DNA from: a virus
Taxonomy: Duplodnaviria; Caudoviricetes
Virus record (IMG/VR): IMGVR_UViG_3300037280_000106
Coordinates: 1-61,797 of that record
Direction: 5' to 3' (one strand)
DNA length: 61,797 nucleotides
The notes under the pieces were generated by a model. The model had not been told where the DNA came from. It made no database searches and worked only from the letters and a program-made list of their open reading frames with translations. How positions within the stretch are numbered: the first letter of the stretch is position 1; every line of letters begins with the position of its first letter. The position numbers and the translations under genes are program-made. Shown here piece by piece: positions 60,715-61,797 of the stretch.

Positions 60715-61797
60715 ATGTGTAAAATAATTTATATGGGCTATTTAACAACAATCACTATTTACAATGACGGCTGTGATCAAATTACAAAAAATCCAAAAGA
60801 ATTTGCGGAAAAAGTAGAAAAGGCTTGCATGGGCGTGTATACCAGAAATGATGGAAATGAAAATTCATTCGGTCTAGGCAATCACAGCAATTTAGTCACA
60901 GTTCAAGATCCTAGGCATATGGACGATAATACGATATACATGCACATGGGAAATACTGTATGCGAAATGAATGCGTATTCCATGCGTACAACACATCTGA
61001 TGGTCAATTCGCCCGCTTTCTTTGACAAAATGTTAAAAGAAATGGAATTTCAGGTCAAAAAGTTAAAACAGCGAAAAAAGGAGTATTATGTCGCAAAGAA
61101 ATAATGCGAAAAATTCGATGTGTCCTGTCGTAACCGTCATGTCATGCAAGGTCGGCGGCGTTTATAGTCTGGAATATCCAGACGGATGCGACAATTGCGA
61201 AATGCTTAATTGGTGGGTTGCATTTAAAACTGAAAAGGAATGTAATGACACATGGATTAAACAAAATCAAGATAATATCGAAGCAGTCGAAGAATACTAT
61301 AAAAAATATACCATATGATTGAAATCATTAAGAATGACTGCCGATGGTGTAAGCATTTAAAAAGAGAAGAGGACGGCGCATGGGGTGAATCGATGTATTT
61401 TTGGTATGAATGTGAATCAACATCATATCATAATTTGAGGTCATTTCCATTCGCCGCTACCAAGTGCAAAAAATTTGAGCAATCTGAATATTACACGAAA
61501 AAAACATATAGCTATGACGGAAAAAGATATAATTTCGGCGTATTGTAAGATCAGGACGATTGATCAAACAATTCCCGATGAAGTTTTAGACTTCATGAAA
61601 GAGGCTGCTATCGAAAAGCTTGTTAAAGCCGATCAAGACGATGCAAACTGGATTCCATATAGTTTCAACATATTGGCATCACGCCCAAAGGTGTCTGGCA
61701 AATATTTTGTCTGTCGTAAAGATGGTAAAGTACATTGGGAAACATGGAACGGTAGTGGATGGGCTTACAATGAAGCATCTATTAAGTATTGGAAAGA
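60715..61797 (+). other. Hypothetical ORFs (60715, 61088, 61315) and a partial ORF from 61514 running off the window
   Basis: ORF track and manual reading. Confidence 0.55.

Noticed and set aside
1-61797. Stop-codon recoding as in some Bacteroidota megaphages
   Set aside because: Long genes are intact in the standard code, and TAG and TGA end real genes (e.g. rIIA and the glucosaminidase)

Overview
AT-rich, densely coding, almost entirely plus-strand fragment of a large (jumbo-type) lytic phage using the standard genetic code. The host is inferred to be Bacteroidota from TAnnTTTG promoters, AT-rich starts without Shine-Dalgarno sites and rrn boxA-like motifs. Main elements: (1) a type I-B-like CRISPR-Cas interference module (cas5-cas3-cas8[+internal cas11]-cas7-cas6, no cas1/2/4 in the window) with a leader and about 35 repeats, the first 11 identical and the rest unusually mosaic; (2) a ~4 kb stable-RNA island (30.2-34.4 kb) where only one tRNA looks canonical (Ile-GAT) and about nine tRNA 'shells' have deleted or replaced anticodon arms. 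One shell carries a solitary copy of the phage's own CRISPR repeat, a tRNA-crRNA chimera that is the most novel-looking item here; (3) RNA-repair genes (HNH-RNA ligase, Thg1-like), a YgiB/YgiC-like pair, rIIA/rIIB, macrodomain, DHH phosphoesterase, endolysin, tailspike, homing endonucleases and a kinase-peptide-vWA-PurA-like cluster; (4) two phage promoter classes, TGTAAC-N16-CGTATAA (28 copies, ECF-sigma-like) and GTATTTAT (late-like). All calls come from reading motifs by eye; no database searches were run.
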